DNA of 63,907 bases, the filler included, from Octopus bimaculoides (Eukaryota), in NCBI RefSeq assembly GCF_001194135.2. It is 6 parts of 6 records of this genome, joined end to end, with 100 filler letters (N's around TTAATTAATTAA, not from the genome) between each part and the next. Parts side by side here need not be neighbours in the genome. Positions count along the whole stretch, not along the records: positions 55,586 to 62,678 come from NC_068995.1; positions 62,779 to 63,907 come from NC_068984.1; 4 more parts are not named here. One strand, written 5' to 3'. The position numbers and the translations under genes are program-made. Within the stretch, counting starts at the first letter, position 1. Each line of letters begins with the position of its first letter. The notes below the pieces were generated by a model that saw nothing but the letters and a program-made list of their open reading frames with translations, was not told the DNA's origin and did not search any database. Shown one piece after another: positions 61,310-63,907 of this stretch.

Positions 61310-62785
61310 ATAGCAGCATGGTAAGACATTTGCCTCGCAACCACAATCGTTTGGGTTTCGAGATCAGTCCTACTGCTTCGCACCTTGGGCAAGTGTCTTA
61401 GTAGACTATGGCCTCGGACGAACCAAATCCTTTACAGTGGATTTGGAAGACGGAAACTGAAAGAAACACCACGTGTATGTGTGAGTTTGTTTCAAGATTA
61501 ATTTCGTATTTCGTTAAAGCCATTCTCAGGATTCGACAACTCCACGTTTAAGGCTGAAACAAATGTTATTAGCGACATATTTCCATGGCGAAAATTGAGT
61601 TCCTTTACCATGGTTCCAATCTTCGCTCTACGAAATAATAATTAAATACAACATAAACGGATACAAAGATATTTGGCATGTTTTATTGCACTTTTATTCT
61701 CATGAACACTGTAACGAGTTTTCAGTTTACTTATGAACGAGAACATTTTGCATCGCTTTGTGGATACACTCTCATCTATCAACATCACGATTAAGTCTGC
61801 TATTTCCCTCATGCAGCGACAAATTGCTACCGGTCAGCAGACACCAAGGTAAAACAGAATCAACACGATGAATTTTAAAAAAAGGCATAATTCCCCTCTC
61901 TCACGCTTTGAGTCATGGCAACAGATATTTGATTTAACCTATCAGCGGGACGTGCTACATTGCCAGGCTAATAAGTTTGATACATAAGCTTAAACTTTAT
62001 CATGGTTGTAACTTTAATTGGCAAAAACACTCATATATATATATATATNNNNNNNNNNTATATATACATACACAGTCTGTCTGTCTCTCTTTTCTCTCTC
62101 ACACATACATACACGTGTACTCACACAAATGTGTATATTTGTCGCCATATTATATAGATGTATAATATATGTAGTATATAGCAAAAATGCATAAGTGGCA
62201 CAGCTACCGTATATAGTCAATAGTTCTACCAAATTCAGCTGTTCATTGTTGCTGAGGGGCAAGATGTCCATTTTGTCGAATTTAAATAAAACGTATTTAA
62301 AAAGAAAATACCTGAACATGATTCTAACCACCTCAAGACAATACTCCGTCATTTTTCTTTTAATTCGATGATAGAGAAATAACGAAAATTGTAAATAGTA
62401 ATTAGATAGTTATACTTGAATACATATACATGTATGTGCATATGTGTGAGTATATATATATATTATTATGATTGACCGTTGACTGAACACTATTCAATTT
62501 TTTTCTCCGTGTTTTTCTCCTTGTCTCCGTATTCTTTCTGTTGAAGAGCGTAGCTCGAAACGTCAAAGACGTTCCGTATTTCCGAGCGTCATACTAATAT
62601 ATACTTTTGTTATTTACACCACCTGTCCTCGTCTGTTGTTATTATTTGTATATTCTCCCATATATATATATATATATANNNNNNNNNNNNNNNNNNNNNN
62701 NNNNNNNNNNNNNNNNNNNNNNTTAATTAATTAANNNNNNNNNNNNNNNNNNNNNNNNNNNNNNNNNNNNNNNNNNNNTTTATTA

Positions 62786-62828
<43 letters not shown>

Positions 62829-63302
62829 CGACGAGCCTCTTTCAGTTTATGCCCACCAAATCCAGACAGAAGGCTTTGGTCGGCCCGAGTCTATAGTAGA
62901 AGATACTTGCCCAAGGTGCCAAGCAGTAGGAGTGAAACCAGAACTGAGTGGTTGGGAAGCAAGCTTCTTACCACACAGCCACGCCCGTGCCTGTGAGTAT
63001 GTGACTCTATTCAAACTGCAACGGAAAGTCGGTGTTAACTCGGTCTAAAATTGCAGTCTATGTCTTCTGACGTTCAAATTCGTTCTTACTTCCTCTCCGC
63101 TTTGTACACTAAACATCTTTGTATGAAAATTAATTTAATTTATGACGGAATGGAATTTTGATTACATTTTAACTAATTGATATTCAGACTCACTTAACCC
63201 TGTTAATTACACTTCAGGGTCTTCGGAAATTTTTCTTGTACAGGAAACATCTGTAAATGCTGTTGTTGACTGGAATCAGTGCAATGGTTTCACACCACCA
63301 CC

Positions 63303-63339
<37 letters not shown>

Positions 63340-63415
63340 AACACACACACCCATGCACACACTTACATGCATACATGCATGCACAAACATATACATACAT
63401 ACACACACACACTTA

Positions 63416-63454
<39 letters not shown>

Positions 63455-63907
63455 TAACACAATCACAGAAACATGGAGACGTGTACAACAACGTTTAGAT
63501 ATGTTTTTAATATGTTTATCTTCCGTCTTTTACCTGTTTCAGTCATTGCACTGCGGCCATGCTGGGGCACCGCCTTCACGGAATTAGTTAAACAAATCGA
63601 CGCCACAGTGTTTTTTTTTTATCTTCTTATTCTATCAATCTGTTTTTGCTGAACTGGTAATATAGAAGGACGTAGACACACCAACACCGGTTGTCAAACG
63701 GATGGTGTGTGGGGAAGGGGGGGCTGAAATACAAAACTCACGCACGCACACACCCATATATATATATATATATACGACGGGCTTCCACACAGTTTCCGTC
63801 TACCAAATTCACTCACAAGGTAATGGTAGTCCCGGGCTATAGTAGAATAACACTTGCCTAAGGTGCCACGCAATGGGACTGAACCCAATATCCCGTGGTT
63901 GCAAAGC
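61310..63907. mobile_element. Family A SINE pieces: 61310-61490 (+), 62825-62995 (-), 63520-63907 (-, runs off the window)
   Basis: Alignment with other copies. Confidence 0.75.
62533..62569 (+). ncRNA. Minimal type I hammerhead motif, all stems intact, core CUGUUGA (A6U)
   Basis: TCTTT-CTGTTGA-A-GAGC-gta-GCTC-GAAA-C-GTC-AAAGA. Confidence 0.65.

Overview
AT-rich, microsatellite-saturated, gap-ridden eukaryotic non-coding DNA. The SINE, RTE-tail and mariner families look like those of Octopus; this is recognition from memory, not a database result. I can support no intact host protein-coding gene, rRNA, tRNA or CRISPR array. Most ORF-track entries are translations of microsatellites or N gaps. 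The recognisable content is decayed transposable elements: four R4/Dong-type RLE LINE fragments, three clear and one doubtful Penelope-like element (PLE) remnants, four mariner pieces, a Buster-type hAT abutted by an L1/Tx1 fragment, a Helitron 3' end, RTE and CR1-like fragments, and about 30 tRNA-head SINE copies of three families. The most striking unexplained layer is an archipelago of about 11 type I hammerhead ribozyme (HHR) motifs, most with a palindromic stem III (4, 8, 12 or 14 nt). One has a fully intact core (26989-27039, minus). Two sit in a 354-nt tandem repeat that resembles a retrozyme/circular-RNA unit (21866-22400), and two pairs sit in inverted foldbacks. Five N-flanked TTAATTAATTAA spacers mark artificial contig joins, so long-range adjacency is uncertain. 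All alignments were made by eye, and TE boundaries are approximate (about +/-20 bp).
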